Below are positions 40,522 to 50,469 of a stretch of DNA of 64,000 nt, in pieces. How positions within the stretch are numbered: the first letter of the stretch is position 1; each line of letters starts with the position of its first letter. The notes below the pieces were generated by a model that was given only the letters and a program-made list of their open reading frames with translations, was not told where the DNA came from and made no database searches. The position numbers were made by a program, and so were the translations under genes. Source of the DNA: Polyangiaceae bacterium (GTDB lineage: Bacteria > Myxococcota_A > Polyangia > Polyangiales > Polyangiaceae); assembly GCA_044376115.1 (NCBI GenBank), contig JBILLK010000008.1, positions 64,001-128,000 of the forward strand. The letters run 5' to 3'.

Positions 40522-41472
40522 TCAGGGGGAGAGTCTACCCTTTATGCCTCGAGCGGAGAACCTCGAGCCCAACAGGCTGCGGCCCATGCGATCGAGCGAC
40601 TCGCGTGCGGCGACCCACTCGTGCGGGATGGTCACGCTAGTAGCGGCCGCGAGAATTCCGCCGACGATGGCGCAGGTCGTGTCCCGATCACCAAGCCCCG
40701 AGACGGTTGCCCACATCGCCTCGGTGAAGTCGCCAAGGTGCCGCGCGGCGCACCAGATGGAGAACGGCACGGTGTCTTGGGAGATGACCTGCGTGCCGTT
40801 GCCCAGCGCGTTCACCGCCGTTCGAACATCATAATCGAGCGGGAGCTCGGCCGCCTGGGCGAGCACTGCGCGCGTTGCACCGTCTGGCGTCCGAGCCAAC
40901 ACCGACTGAAACAGCTCCGCAGGCTGCAGACCGCCGGCGGCCACGTACGCCGCAGCAAGGGCGACAGCAATCGCCCCCGCCTGCCCTTCGGGATGCGCAT
41001 GCGTCACTTCGGCAGAGCGGCGCGCCTCAATCACGACCCGCTCCACGTCGTCGAAGAAGAACGCTCCAATCGGCGCCGACCGCATCCCGCCGCCATTGCC
41101 CATCGAACCGCCCCCATCGAACACGCTTGGAGCAACCTCCTGCCACGGTTCACCGGCCGATATGCGAGTAAGAATGCCGTGGGCCGTCCCACCATATCCC
41201 CGTCCAGGATCCAGCCGATAACGCGCAGCGAAGAAGTCAGCGAGCCTATCTCGGTCGATCTCGCCACAATCCGCAAGCACGTCAACCACCGACAGAGCCA
41301 TAACGGTGTCATCCGTGTACTGCCACGGCCCGCTCGCGAGCGCCCGCAACTCAATCAGCCGCTCAACCATATGGGGCGAGGTGAAGAAGCGCTCGCCAAA
41401 CGCATCCCCCACCGACAGCCCTTCAAGGGATTGCCGTGCTCGCGCGATGCGCTGTTGCAAATCGAGGTTCAT
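40522..41472 (-). CDS. ADP-ribosylglycohydrolase (DraG/ARH family)
   Basis: GLSVGDAFG, YTDDT, GNGGGMR, VTHAHP, GDRDTTCAIVG. Confidence 0.92.
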   Translation of the reverse strand: MNLDLQQRIARARQSLEGLSVGDAFGERFFTSPHMVERLIELRALASGPWQYTDDTVMALSVVDVLADCGEIDRDRLADFFAARYRLDPGRGYGGTAHGILTRISAGEPWQEVAPSVFDGGGSMGNGGGMRSAPIGAFFFDDVERVVIEARRSAEVTHAHPEGQAGAIAVALAAAYVAAGGLQPAELFQSVLARTPDGATRAVLAQAAELPLDYDVRTAVNALGNGTQVISQDTVPFSIWCAARHLGDFTEAMWATVSGLGDRDTTCAIVGGILAAATSVTIPHEWVAARESLDRMGRSLLGSRFSARGIKGRLSP

Positions 41473-41483
41473 AGGAGGTCCAG

Positions 41484-41552
41484 CCGCAACGGTATAGTCA
41501 TTATGCGGTAGGCGCCATAGGGAGGCAGGGGAGCGGGCGGCTCTCGTTAGCT
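41484..41552 (-). other. degenerate attC site
   Basis: CCGCAACGGTATAGTCATTATGCGGTAGGCGCCATAGGGAG resembles intact attC CCCAACGTACCGGCGTTCTGCGGCAAGCGCCAGAGGGAG; GTTAGCT overlaps the stop of the macro gene; the second arm is lost. Confidence 0.5.
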
Positions 41553-42062
41553 AGTCTTCCAATCCAAGTAAGCGAGCGCCATCTCCCTTGCTGCGTCGGC
41601 CGGAGCAACACCGCCGACGAGCGTGGTCAGGCCTGGCGAATAGAGCGTAGGTCCAAGCTCAGGCGAGCGCTTCATGAGTCGTAACGCCGCCCGAAGCGCC
41701 CGATAGGCGTTTTCAGGCGGGACGTGCTCCGGCGAGATCATCGTCGGCGCGAGCACGACGTGCGTTATGCGATGGTGCCCCGTTGGCACCGCGACCGCCG
41801 CGCCAACGGGCAGATGCCCTTCAGGCTGCGAGAGCACCGCATCGCGAACGCGCTTGGCAAACGCTGGACCGAAGAACGACGAGTACCAACGATCAATGCC
41901 GCCATCCATGAAGCCTTGGCTATTGGCTGGTGAAAGCGCAACGCCATAAGCCAGCTCAAGCAGGTCACCGTGTTGCACGGTCACTTCGGGATACGTAGCG
42001 AAGGCCGCACGAAGGGCGGCTGCCACGTCGGCGTTGATGTCCACGAGGTGAAGTATGGTCAT
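41547..42062 (-). CDS. macro domain (Appr-1''-p processing) protein
   Basis: HGDLL, SPANSQGFMDGGID, LAPTM, SPGLTTLVGG. Confidence 0.88.
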   Translation of the reverse strand: MTILHLVDINADVAAALRAAFATYPEVTVQHGDLLELAYGVALSPANSQGFMDGGIDRWYSSFFGPAFAKRVRDAVLSQPEGHLPVGAAVAVPTGHHRITHVVLAPTMISPEHVPPENAYRALRAALRLMKRSPELGPTLYSPGLTTLVGGVAPADAAREMALAYLDWKTS

Positions 42063-43013
42063 TGGTCCCTGCCTCCCGGAGAATACCGATTAACGCCGAG
42101 GCGGCCGCGGCAAACGTGCGCCGTGCGCCTAGCATTGGCGGTCACCGGATCTCATTGCGAACCCTTTGTGACCCGCGAGCGACATTGGGCCTCTCGATAC
42201 CGTATCCACCGCGCGAATGTCGCACCGGCCTAGGAAAACGCGGTCCGCCGTCCCACCCGACGCCGAATTGCGGCAAGAAGGCCGCTCGAATGGAAGGCCG
42301 CGGCGGAGTTACGAACGGGGATGCGACATTCAGGCGCCCGATAAAGTATCGCCCCGCTTAATGTCGCTCCCACCACGCTGGTTGGCTCACGTGGAGAGCG
42401 CGCGTCCATCAGCGTCCTGACTCCGCTGGAAGGCGGGTTGGCATTGTCTTCCGCCGGCCGCAGAACGCCGATACATTCAAATAGGACGTGGTCGCTTTCG
42501 ATGCTGCATGGTTGCACTCCGCCGAGCGCTCGCTCCTCGACACGGGCGAGCTTACGGCCTCGTGGGTTAACGGCTTTCACACGTTCGCATCGTCAATCGC
42601 GGACGCGCCCGCCAATGATCAGATCGGTCGAAGAGCCTTTGCCGGGCTTCATTTCGCCTCGCTCTACCTGCCCATGCGGCTCGACCTCCATCCTTCGCCA
42701 ACACCATCAGCGGCTAGGACGCTCACCGAGGTGCACTCTCGGGCAGAGGAAGTGCTATGGCGCCGGCTGCTAGCGGTTTCAACTGCGCCCGCCAGCGGCT
42801 CTGAAGCAGAGCTGGTTGAACTCCGGCCCATGCGTTCCCAGCAGGTTTCAAAGCCCGTCGTTCCTCGTACTGCTCTCGAGCTACTGCTGCTTAGCTGACC
42901 GGCCTACCGCTGTGTCTTTGGGTCGTGGCGCACATTGACGATTTCGTAGTCGCCATCTACGACGCTGAGCGACAGGAGTTAGCTAGCCCAGTGCTGTCAG
43001 GAAGCACCGGTAT

Positions 43014-43427
43014 TTAGAACACATGGATCTGCTGCAGAACCAGCACCGCATGACCGATGCGTTGTTGAACGGAGAAGGTTGCCGTCAGATCCGACCAAGC
43101 ACCGTTGAGCGGTAGGTCGTACCAGACTTTGGCGACTTCATCCTGGGTAGCGGCTGTGCGGTCGACGATGCGATGAAACGGCTGGCCCGGGGTATCCGTG
43201 CGGCGCGACACGGCGAAGACTTCACCCGAGGGGTGCGCCTCGGGGAGCCCATAGCCGGCAACCACCGCGCGGATGAGATCCGCCGACCACGCATAGTATG
43301 GATCGTGTGCCGTGCGCTCGAAGGCGGTCTGGTAGTCCCCTGCAGCGAGGTCATCGATCCAAACCTCTACGGCAGCCAGGATCTCCTCGTCGGAGGGAGC
43401 TGCTAAGAGGACAAGCAATTGCGCCAT
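43014..43427 (-). CDS. hypothetical protein
   Basis: VWYDLPLNGAWSDLTATF...QIHVF; GGAG RBS. Confidence 0.65.
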   Translation of the reverse strand: MAQLLVLLAAPSDEEILAAVEVWIDDLAAGDYQTAFERTAHDPYYAWSADLIRAVVAGYGLPEAHPSGEVFAVSRRTDTPGQPFHRIVDRTAATQDEVAKVWYDLPLNGAWSDLTATFSVQQRIGHAVLVLQQIHVF

Positions 43428-43450
43428 AGCTTACTCCGATTGAAAATGGC

Positions 43451-43984
43451 TTACGTCATTCCACACGAGAGCATGGCAACCGTCAGGGCCACGGACACTC
43501 GAAAGATCGCGGTGAAGCCAATGCTCTGAGGAGCGTGACGGAAGCCGAAGAGCCGCGCGAGTACCTCTCGAATGACAGCAAAGTGTGTAATCGCGAGGAC
43601 GGTCCCCTCAGGGGGGAGCCCCTGGAGCCAGTGCGTCACTCTATTCATGAATGCGGGACCAGACTCGGTTGAGTCGAGAGGAGCGGCGAGAAGAGCCGCG
43701 AGCACAGCACTGTCGGTGGGGTCTAAGAACGTAGGCGCGCGCGAAGACTCGAGTTCACGGAGAACATCGACCGATGTCCTCGGAACCAGAGGTAGAGCAA
43801 GCGCAGCGGTTTCTTGAGCGCGCCGAAGAGGCGAGCAGAGAACCTCAGCGAAGGATTCAGCCGAGAGCCGAGCGCCGAGCGCCTGTGCTTGGGTGCGGCC
43901 GGAAAACGAGAGGCCGGTGTCCGCAGCGGTGCCGTCGAGATTGCCGATGCTTTCGGCGTGGCGGATGAGCCAGAGATCGAGCAC
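43451..43984 (-). CDS. histidine phosphatase superfamily protein
   Basis: WLIRHAES, SPLRRAQETA, LAITHFAVIR. Confidence 0.85.
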   Translation of the reverse strand: MLDLWLIRHAESIGNLDGTAADTGLSFSGRTQAQALGARLSAESFAEVLCSPLRRAQETAALALPLVPRTSVDVLRELESSRAPTFLDPTDSAVLAALLAAPLDSTESGPAFMNRVTHWLQGLPPEGTVLAITHFAVIREVLARLFGFRHAPQSIGFTAIFRVSVALTVAMLSCGMT

Positions 43985-44064
43985 GTATCAGACCCAGAGC
44001 TTCCAGCAGCGTCGCTGGGAGCTACTGTCAGGTGTGCCTGCGAGCTGCATTGTAATCTTTCTGC

Positions 44065-44649
44065 TCACGGCTCCAGCTCCCTGCCCTCCCTGAGGATCCG
44101 AGCTCGCGCGTGCATCAGCGCGAAGCCGAGAAGATTGAGCCCACGCCACTCTTGGGGACTCCGCGCATGTGGGTCCTTTTCGGCGAGGCCTACGCCCCAA
44201 ATCGTGTCGGTCGGGCTTGCCTCGACGAGCACGCGCTCGCCTGTCGACAGCAGGAATGCCCGGAGGGTTGGGTTCTGGGAGAACTTCGCGTGGCTACCCG
44301 TCGCTACAATATCGAATCGATGTTGTTTCCAGGGGTCGTCGTCAAACCCGCGAACGTGTCGACCAAGCTCTTTCGCTTCTGCCGGATGGCTGCATGCGCG
44401 AATCTGAGACGCGGTTTGCGGGTCGCCAAAGAGCTCCGCTTTGCTGGCCATCATATAGTGCTCGGCAGTCGGGTAGACCGCACCAGCGACAACAAAGGAC
44501 GCCGGGAACCATTGGCTGAGACACTCTTTGCCGACGTCGGCGCCGGGCGTCCCCGAGTGCCCCCAAAAGAAAACGAACTTGGGTGCCCATCCAGCTTCAA
44601 CGCGGGCAAGCAGGTTGGCGTGGTCGAGTGGCTCAGCGGAGTGAATCAT
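44065..44649 (-). CDS. NADAR (YbiA-like) protein
   Basis: FFWGH, CLSQWF, YPTAEHYMMASKAELFGD, KFSQNP, LVEASPTDTIWGVG, WRGLNLLGFALM. Confidence 0.93.
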   Translation of the reverse strand: MIHSAEPLDHANLLARVEAGWAPKFVFFWGHSGTPGADVGKECLSQWFPASFVVAGAVYPTAEHYMMASKAELFGDPQTASQIRACSHPAEAKELGRHVRGFDDDPWKQHRFDIVATGSHAKFSQNPTLRAFLLSTGERVLVEASPTDTIWGVGLAEKDPHARSPQEWRGLNLLGFALMHARARILREGRELEP

Positions 44650-44694
44650 GGTCAGTGCCAAACGATAACCCGTTGGCTAAAGCATAGAAACAAG

Positions 44695-44935
44695 CACTGA
44701 AGCTTCTCGACCATTCGCAGAAGCGGCTCGCTATCACGTCCGGCTCCACGCGACCGCCGCTCTCGAGGAGAGCCTCACACGTGGCCATAACGAGCTGCGT
44801 GTCGTCGGAGACGACGGCGATGCGGGGGAACGTTGGCTCACGTGAGGCGCTCTGACCTTCGTAAGCGCCGCCCCAAGCATCGCCGAGGAGGCCACCCAAC
44901 AAGCACAGTTCAAGCCGACTAGTAGAGGAGTTCAT
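44695..44935 (-). pseudogene. truncated ADP-ribosylglycohydrolase (N-terminal ~75 aa)
   Basis: LLGGLLGDAWGGAYE...VSDDTQLVMATCEALL...IASRFCEW, then similarity ends; boundaries approximate. Confidence 0.7.
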
Positions 44936-45016
44936 TGCGACTCGGCCTGGGTCAGCCGCAAGCACGAGAGCAGGGAGCTGCAACGCGGAAGCATTTGGAG
45001 GATTAGCATCACAGGG

Positions 45017-45421
45017 TCACAAATCTGTAAGCGCGATAAGCCCCCCGCACTTCACATGACGAAGCCCCGTCCATACTGCACTATCACCGACACTGAAGCG
45101 CCGCTCGCACCAGGGGCACGTAACCCAGCCAGTTGCTAGCGCAGTAGGCCGAACCTCGGTCGATGTCTCGGCGAAATAGCGGACGACGCGACCGGTGATA
45201 CCGCGCCCCAAGCAAATCTCACATTCCTCCAATCTGGCGCAACCTGCATCTGCGTGACAGCAGGTACCCAACCCATGGCAGGCCGAACAATCTTCAAGAA
45301 TGAGCGGATTATGTTCAGGATCCGCGGCGAAGACAGCGGCCCTTCGCCGCGGATAACGAAGCTCAATCAGTCGCTGGCGTATCTCTTCCTTCTTTGCTGA
45401 GAGGTCGGCAATGAGCGTCAA
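45017..45421 (-). CDS. small Cys-rich zinc-finger-like protein
   Basis: CSACHGLG, CEICLGRG (DnaJ-like CxxCxGxG), CPWC. Confidence 0.55.
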   Translation of the reverse strand: MTLIADLSAKKEEIRQRLIELRYPRRRAAVFAADPEHNPLILEDCSACHGLGTCCHADAGCARLEECEICLGRGITGRVVRYFAETSTEVRPTALATGWVTCPWCERRFSVGDSAVWTGLRHVKCGGLIALTDL

Positions 45422-45465
45422 CCAATGTATCCGCGTTTCCCGTCCAGGTCAGCAGAGAGCTGAGC

Positions 45466-45885
45466 CTACTGCCAGCCCTTCGAATAGCGTATACCGGCGT
45501 CGACGGCACGCGCTGCCTCCTCCGCCGTAGTTGCAATGACCAGCGTGTCTTGCTGTGACGAGGCGTCCGCTGGTGCGCGGGCTATAACTCGATAGCTTTG
45601 CGCTGAATATGTGTTTGGGTCGATGCGCACGAACCACGGTGACTCCCAATCGTCGCGAGCAAGTAGGACCAGCCCGGTCAGCGAGGGGAGCGGCCAAACA
45701 GGTGGATAGGGCTTACATACCTCGCTAAGAAGCGGGAGCAGCACGAGCATCAGCTGGCAGTCTTCTGGCGAGTCGAGTGCATCGGCTTCGTAATGCTCAC
45801 GAACTTCACGGAGGCGCATGAGCGGCATGAGATCGTCGAGCGTACCTACGAACTCGGGCCAAGCGCGAGTGTTCTCAGGGTTCAC
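45466..45885 (-). CDS. hypothetical protein
   Basis: 139-aa ORF in the co-oriented run. Confidence 0.5.
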   Translation of the reverse strand: MNPENTRAWPEFVGTLDDLMPLMRLREVREHYEADALDSPEDCQLMLVLLPLLSEVCKPYPPVWPLPSLTGLVLLARDDWESPWFVRIDPNTYSAQSYRVIARAPADASSQQDTLVIATTAEEAARAVDAGIRYSKGWQ

Positions 45886-46057
45886 CCGGTGCTTTACGCG
45901 GCGTGCGCTTTGGGATCTGTCGCTTCGAGTGCGGCATGCAGCGAATCAGGCGGTCCTCGAACGCAATCATCGCATCGAAGGACTCGAAGAAGTCCTGCGG
46001 GAACTGGATGACGAGCTGGTAGAGCCTCTGGGTACGCGCTATGGGATGTTCGATTGG

Positions 46058-46579
46058 TCAGACCACAAAGAAGAGTTCGACCGTACCCGTCGGCAGGTCA
46101 GCCAGTGTCTCGACGGCAGTAAGCTGGAAGAATACAAGCATATCGTCTCCAGGGTGCCGAGAGCCGGTTAGGTAGTAGGCGTCCACACGGAACAAGCCTG
46201 GGGAGAGGGGCACGGATTCGTGTTGGTAGTCGCAATCACTCCAGTCCAACTCCGCATAGCCATCGCAGACACCGACGTTGTTCCCCTCCAGCCGAAGACC
46301 AAAACGGGTCTGTGCGATAATCGGTGCGGTGGTGGGCAACGCTTGGTCTGAGAAGAGCAACTCGTAGTAAAGCTGAGGCGAGCCTGTTCCGATGCGAACG
46401 GCGCGCCCTTCCTTGAGCGATCTGTCGTACAGCAGCAGCCGCTCCCCTTCTGACTCGGCCGCAACCAACGCTTGGCGCAAATCATACGAGTAGACAATGA
46501 GGCCAAGTCCACTCGCATAAAGGCGCGCAGCTCCAAGCAACGGTGGGAGTTCAAGCAGCATCAGGGCATCTAGCTTCAA
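46058..46579 (-). CDS. hypothetical protein
   Basis: 173-aa ORF, possibly 5'-truncated. Confidence 0.5.
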   Translation of the reverse strand: MKLDALMLLELPPLLGAARLYASGLGLIVYSYDLRQALVAAESEGERLLLYDRSLKEGRAVRIGTGSPQLYYELLFSDQALPTTAPIIAQTRFGLRLEGNNVGVCDGYAELDWSDCDYQHESVPLSPGLFRVDAYYLTGSRHPGDDMLVFFQLTAVETLADLPTGTVELFFVV

Positions 46580-46922
46580 TTCTGGGTAACATTCTAACGC
46601 TCACTCAGTCCAGCACCGTCCTTAATTCCAGGGCCTCCGGTTCCAGCGCTAAGCCCACGGCATCAGCATGCTCACGCAGTTGCAGCTCCGTTATGAACCC
46701 TGCGTGACAGAGCGGCGTCGCCGATCCAGAACGCGAGATTGGCCTATGGCCAGCCAACTGGTGAAGGTTGCGTTGCAAACCGCCCAGTATGTTCAGCTAC
46801 GAGTTCAGCGCGCGCAATTGAGTAGGGCTTGTGGTTCGTCATAAAGGCGCATTCCCGCAAACGAGGATACGTACGCACAGCGCATTCTTGACCAGCGCTC
46901 CGTCGGCGGGTAGCACCGCACC

Positions 46923-47369
46923 ATGGAACCATCGGCACAGGAACGCCTACCTGGCTATCGGGGCGTGCTCACCACCATTGGGGTACTCTACCTCTTGATC
47001 TCCGTGATGAACGTGGCCCAAGGCGCCGCCAAGGTGCTTGAGCCCTTCAAGGTCCCAGACGAGGTGCTGAAGTCGGCATACTTTCTGGACTTCTATCATT
47101 GGCACTTTGCTCACGTGGGTAACATCGGCGCTTTGCTCGTGGTGCTAGCGAGGGTGGTGTCCGGCATCCGCGCTCAAGGGGCCATTGTAGTTACCCTGAT
47201 TGCGGTGCAACTCCATTATGCCTACCTCGACTGGCGCACCTCCGTGCTGGGCAACGGACTGTACGCAGACCCGAGGTCTATCGTGCTAGTCGCCACGAAC
47301 CTCGTAATGGTCCTGGCGTTCGCATCGGTGTTGGTCCGGGGGCGTGCGGCACTCAAGCAGCGGAGCTAG
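46923..47369 (+). CDS. four-TM membrane protein
   Basis: Four hydrophobic segments; opposite orientation to its neighbours. Confidence 0.65.
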   Translation: MEPSAQERLPGYRGVLTTIGVLYLLISVMNVAQGAAKVLEPFKVPDEVLKSAYFLDFYHWHFAHVGNIGALLVVLARVVSGIRAQGAIVVTLIAVQLHYAYLDWRTSVLGNGLYADPRSIVLVATNLVMVLAFASVLVRGRAALKQRS

Positions 47370-47415
47370 CGAGCCCAGCCGCGCTCGGCGGCGGGCGGAA
47401 GTGTGTCCCCGTTGC

Positions 47416-48033
47416 TCACCCAGGACTGCGCGCCGGGTCGACGATCACGAAGGAGAGATCGTCCTGCAATACGCCGCTTGGTAAGCGCGCCGCGGCGACG
47501 AGTTCTTCCGCTGCAGCGTTGAGGTCACGAATGAACCTCACACGGTGAATCCGGTCGCGCGACGCGTACTTGAGCAGCCCATCGGAGGCGACCAGGAGCC
47601 GGTCGTTGAAGAGTGCCGGTCCAAACCCAGTGGGTTCAGCTATCCCACTACCAAGCAGAGGCTTGCGCTGTTGGTGCCTTGTCAAATCAACGATCGCATC
47701 GGTCGTTAGAGCCCAGGCGCCGGAGTCACCCACGCTCGCACCGAACAGCTTGCCTTCGCGAACGACGAGCAGCACGACGGTGGACTCGCCGCATGATGCG
47801 TCGGAATGGACTAATCCGTCGAGTCGTCTAAGTTCGTCGACGCAGTCGGCCAGGCCGTGAAGCGCTCGGAACTCGAAGCGAACGATGAGCTCGGCCGCTT
47901 GGCGACCCCCGGTCATGCCGCCAGCGCCGTCCGCAAGAACGATGAGTTCGGCACCGTCGAGATGCCGATGCGCCACACGGTCCTCGTCCGCTGAGGCCGG
48001 AACGATCCGGCTGATGATTGTCGAGTAAGGCAT
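47416..48033 (-). CDS. PP2C/PPM-family phosphatase
   Basis: DEDR, VLADGAGG, ASVGDSG, VASDGL, QDDLSFVIV; start at ATG 48033, right after an attC remnant. Confidence 0.88.
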   Translation of the reverse strand: MPYSTIISRIVPASADEDRVAHRHLDGAELIVLADGAGGMTGGRQAAELIVRFEFRALHGLADCVDELRRLDGLVHSDASCGESTVVLLVVREGKLFGASVGDSGAWALTTDAIVDLTRHQQRKPLLGSGIAEPTGFGPALFNDRLLVASDGLLKYASRDRIHRVRFIRDLNAAAEELVAAARLPSGVLQDDLSFVIVDPARSPG

Positions 48034-48039
48034 TCGGCT

Positions 48040-48077
48040 ATCCAACATCGACTGTCCGCTGTAACGCTTAGTTGGCC
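48040..48077 (-). other. internally deleted attC
   Basis: ATCCAAC-ATCGAC-TGTCCGCTGTAACGCTTA-GTTGGCC keeps both core boxes and the arm matching TGTCCGCAGCAACGCCATGTTAGGC; the other arm is missing. Confidence 0.65.
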
Positions 48078-48691
48078 CGCAAGATTCCATCGAACTCTTC
48101 CTCGCCGAGATGTTTGGTGCCGTAATCGATCTGTGGATCGCTGCCGGCCTGCTCGACGAAGGACACGCGGACGCTCGCGGAGAGATCCGCATAGACGAGA
48201 ACGCGGTGCCGCTGCTGAATGCCACCAATTGGGTTGAAGGACATCTGCCCAGCCGGCAAGTCTTGGCTGGGAGGCCCGAGCCTAGCAATCGCTTCGTCGA
48301 GTGACTTTATCCCAGCAACGAGGGCTGCGAGGCGTTCGTGCTCGCCGGGAGTGATCGTCGAGTGCACCTGACGGACTTGCGCGAGGCGCACCTGATGCTG
48401 ACTGGCTACGAAGCCGAGAATGCGGGCATCGTGTTTTGATCCGAGCGGGCACCAATCGTCAGCGCGGTAGCGATCGGGCGTCAGTCCACGAATGTATGGA
48501 AGCTCGAGCAGCGCTGGGAAGCCGACTCCGATGTCGAGCCAAGCGCCGAAGTGGGCCTTCGCGATGACCTCGCCAGTTGCAAGCTCCCCCACATGCAGGC
48601 GCGCGACCAGTGCCATCCAGCGTTCCTCGACGTCGCGGTCCCACCGTTGAAGGTACGGCGCGAGTTGCCTCTGCCAGCCTTCGTAGCTCAT
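48068..48691 (-). CDS. S1-like domain protein
   Basis: GEVIAKAHFGAWLDIGVGFPALL; ends GCC AAC TAA within the inverse core. Confidence 0.6.
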   Translation of the reverse strand: MSYEGWQRQLAPYLQRWDRDVEERWMALVARLHVGELATGEVIAKAHFGAWLDIGVGFPALLELPYIRGLTPDRYRADDWCPLGSKHDARILGFVASQHQVRLAQVRQVHSTITPGEHERLAALVAGIKSLDEAIARLGPPSQDLPAGQMSFNPIGGIQQRHRVLVYADLSASVRVSFVEQAGSDPQIDYGTKHLGEEEFDGILRAN

Positions 48692-48969
48692 TGCTTGCGC
48701 CCGTCCTGCCTACGTACATCCGAGGCGTCATGGTTGAGACTCGCGAGTTCCTCTTCGATTGCAGCTCGAAGCTCAGCAAACCCCAGCGTCACAGGACCAC
48801 CAGACAGGCGCATTCGCGGAGCAGGACAGAAGGAGAGCGCCATCGGGGTAGGCACAAGGTACTGGCGCTCCGCGATAGCGGCCAGAGGCAGCGAGAGAGC
48901 GGCGCCACCATAGCTGCAACTCGTGAGTGAGTAGAGACACCACGGATCTCGATCCATCACGCACCGGGC

Positions 48970-49389
48970 TCACCATGTAGGAAAGAAGCGCAGTCCTCTA
49001 ACGACGACCTCTAGGCCACTTCCAAGGGCCGGCGTGCATGCGAGGGAAGAGCTCGCGAAGAGAACGAACTCGGGCCCAGCCTGAAGATAGACGTCGATAA
49101 GCGGATAGCCCTCGGGAGTATCGATAATGTTGTGCACCACGCCGACGACGCGCACATCGCCGGAAGCGAGCGGAAACAGCCCGTGGCTTTCCGGTACATC
49201 TTGGGCGAGCACTCGGCACGAGATTACGTTGGCGAAGTCGAGTTCCACCACGAGGGTCGCGCCCAAAGCTACGAGCAGACGTGAGGGGTCACCAACGACC
49301 ATCGCGAGGATCGCATGACCGCAATGTTCAACCATGGCGGTCACGCCATGTTGCGTCTCTGATTGAATGTTTCGCAAGATGATTGCCAA
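48970..49389 (-). CDS. hypothetical protein
   Basis: 139-aa ORF; start uncertain. Confidence 0.45.
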   Translation of the reverse strand: MAIILRNIQSETQHGVTAMVEHCGHAILAMVVGDPSRLLVALGATLVVELDFANVISCRVLAQDVPESHGLFPLASGDVRVVGVVHNIIDTPEGYPLIDVYLQAGPEFVLFASSSLACTPALGSGLEVVVRGLRFFPTW

Positions 49390-49716
49390 AGAGCTACCTC
49401 CGGTCCTACCAGGTTATTGGCGCTCGGTGGCGCGATTAAGAGGCCCAGCTGTTGCCCATGCTGTACCAGGCCGTAGTGCATCGAACTCGAGCCGAAGCAT
49501 GCGGGCCGCTCGCATTAGGTCCTCCGGATTCACCTTGAGTCCCGTTGTCCAAGGACCTCGATAGGCACCAAAGTCGCCTCAGAATCTCTTGAAGGTGCTA
49601 GCGGAAGTAGATCGAATCGAAGAAAAGCTGAGCGATCTGCCGAGAGGATCAGCATATCTGGATAGCGTATAGCGGGTCAGCAGCGGTCGGAAGGTCGAGC
49701 CCAGAGGACTCGCAAT

Positions 49717-49852
49717 CTCGCAGCAGCGCTAGCACCAATTCTCCAGGCTAGCCCGGCGACCTTGGAGAAGTGCTTGGTTCACGAAACTTCGTTACTGGGG
49801 GATTCTTCGGGCACTCGATGTCCTCGTCGATTGAGCCAAGACATCGCAGGAA
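49717..49852 (-). pseudogene. decayed vapBC remnant (vapB 3' piece fused to vapC 3' end)
   Basis: 49717-49777 aligns to 57841-57902; about 49780-49852 aligns to about 58267-58339. Confidence 0.8.
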
Positions 49853-49951
49853 TTGGCGCGTCTCGCTGACGTCACAACCGATAGACAGGCGTCGCTACAT
49901 CAGAAGGGCGGCATTGCATCGTGGATAGCCCGCCCATCGCGCACCCAGTAC

Positions 49952-50410
49952 CTACGTTGGTCGACGCGGTGCTGCGCGACCGGGGAATACGTCGAATGCG
50001 TAGTCGTAATAGCCACGGTCGTCTTGAGTCGTTAACTCGATCCGGACTCCGCGCTCGCGCCGCTCGATGCGCACCACCTTTCGTCGCTGCACCCAAGCGC
50101 GTAGAACGTCATGTATCCACCGCTCCACTTCGGGCCAGCGACGCTCAACGCTGGCGAGGTCGAACCGTCGAAGCCCACGCTCGAGTACATCCTGCAATCG
50201 TCCAAGATCGACGGCCGAAGCAGAAAAACCGTTGGCGAAGTTCGGTCCCGAGACCGGTAGATTGGCCGAGGACTGCAACTGGCTGACCACATGACGCGCC
50301 TGGGCCTGCCGTGGGTCAGCGAGTGCGGCCGGGGGACGCGGGACTCGAGGCAGAGGCGGAAACGCGACTACGTTGCTCGACGACTCTCCATCGACAGGCC
50401 GCTTCACCAT
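49952..50410 (-). CDS. hypothetical protein
   Basis: 152-aa ORF ending ELTTQDDRGYYDYAFDVFPGR. Confidence 0.5.
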   Translation of the reverse strand: MVKRPVDGESSSNVVAFPPLPRVPRPPAALADPRQAQARHVVSQLQSSANLPVSGPNFANGFSASAVDLGRLQDVLERGLRRFDLASVERRWPEVERWIHDVLRAWVQRRKVVRIERRERGVRIELTTQDDRGYYDYAFDVFPGRAAPRRPT

Positions 50411-50447
50411 AGCCAGAGCTTACCGCAGACCCTAGGCGCGGGTGTTA

Positions 50448-50469
50448 CAGCTGCAACGCATTGTTGAGC
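50448..50469 (-). other. attC half-site remnant
   Basis: CAGCTGCAACGCATTGTTGAGC resembles the attC arm CCGCAGCAACGCCATGTTAGGC. Confidence 0.5.

Noticed and set aside
40621..41511. Long antisense ORFs (e.g. 40621-41511, 54799-55707, 61236-62159)
   Set aside because: Shadow frames of well-supported genes in high-GC DNA
48034..48288. N-terminal extension of the PP2C ORF
   Set aside because: It overlaps the upstream gene and an attC remnant; phosphatase motifs begin after ATG 48033
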